Below are positions 32,530 to 32,564 of a stretch of 32,564 nt of DNA, piece after piece. Position 1 is the stretch's first letter, and the number at the start of each line of letters is the position of its first letter. The DNA is taken from assembly GCA_002256025.1 (NCBI GenBank), contig NKIB01000435.1, forward strand, positions 1 to 32,564, written 5' to 3'. The DNA comes from Asterionella formosa (lineage: Eukaryota). The notes below the pieces were generated by a model. The model made no database searches, was not told where the DNA came from, and saw only the letters and a program-made list of their open reading frames with translations. The translations under genes and the position numbers were made by a program.

Positions 32530-32564
32530 AGATTTCCCTTATAATGGACCTAAGTAAATTTCTT

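Overview
This is eukaryotic nuclear DNA, most likely from a diatom or another ochrophyte. The evidence is compact genes, short GT-AG introns and an ASAF-type bipartite plastid presequence. About 11 protein-coding genes are present: a DP (E2F partner) transcription factor, a Nup50/Nup2-like nucleoporin, a SET-MYND (SMYD) methyltransferase, a plastid-targeted phosphoglycolate phosphatase, a RetSat/CRTISO-family FAD oxidoreductase, CCT2, ADF/cofilin and four hypothetical proteins. Eight of them form head-to-head pairs. The gene-free stretches hold most of the unusual structure. (1) A 374-bp, highly structured, tRNA-headed SINE-like element (30066-30439, minus strand) has two tandem T-arm/B-box modules, an A-rich tail and a 9-bp target-site duplication, and it interrupts a decayed ORF. 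(2) A 912-bp PIF/Harbinger-type non-autonomous element with TAA TSDs sits beside an inverted partial copy of itself. (3) There is a ~255-bp tandem duplication and several smaller repeats. (4) A CCWGGTA/GGTACC motif recurs in most intergenic and promoter regions. (5) CCRE-like TGACGT motifs lie upstream of the photorespiratory PGP gene. All coordinates were read by eye and no database searches were run.
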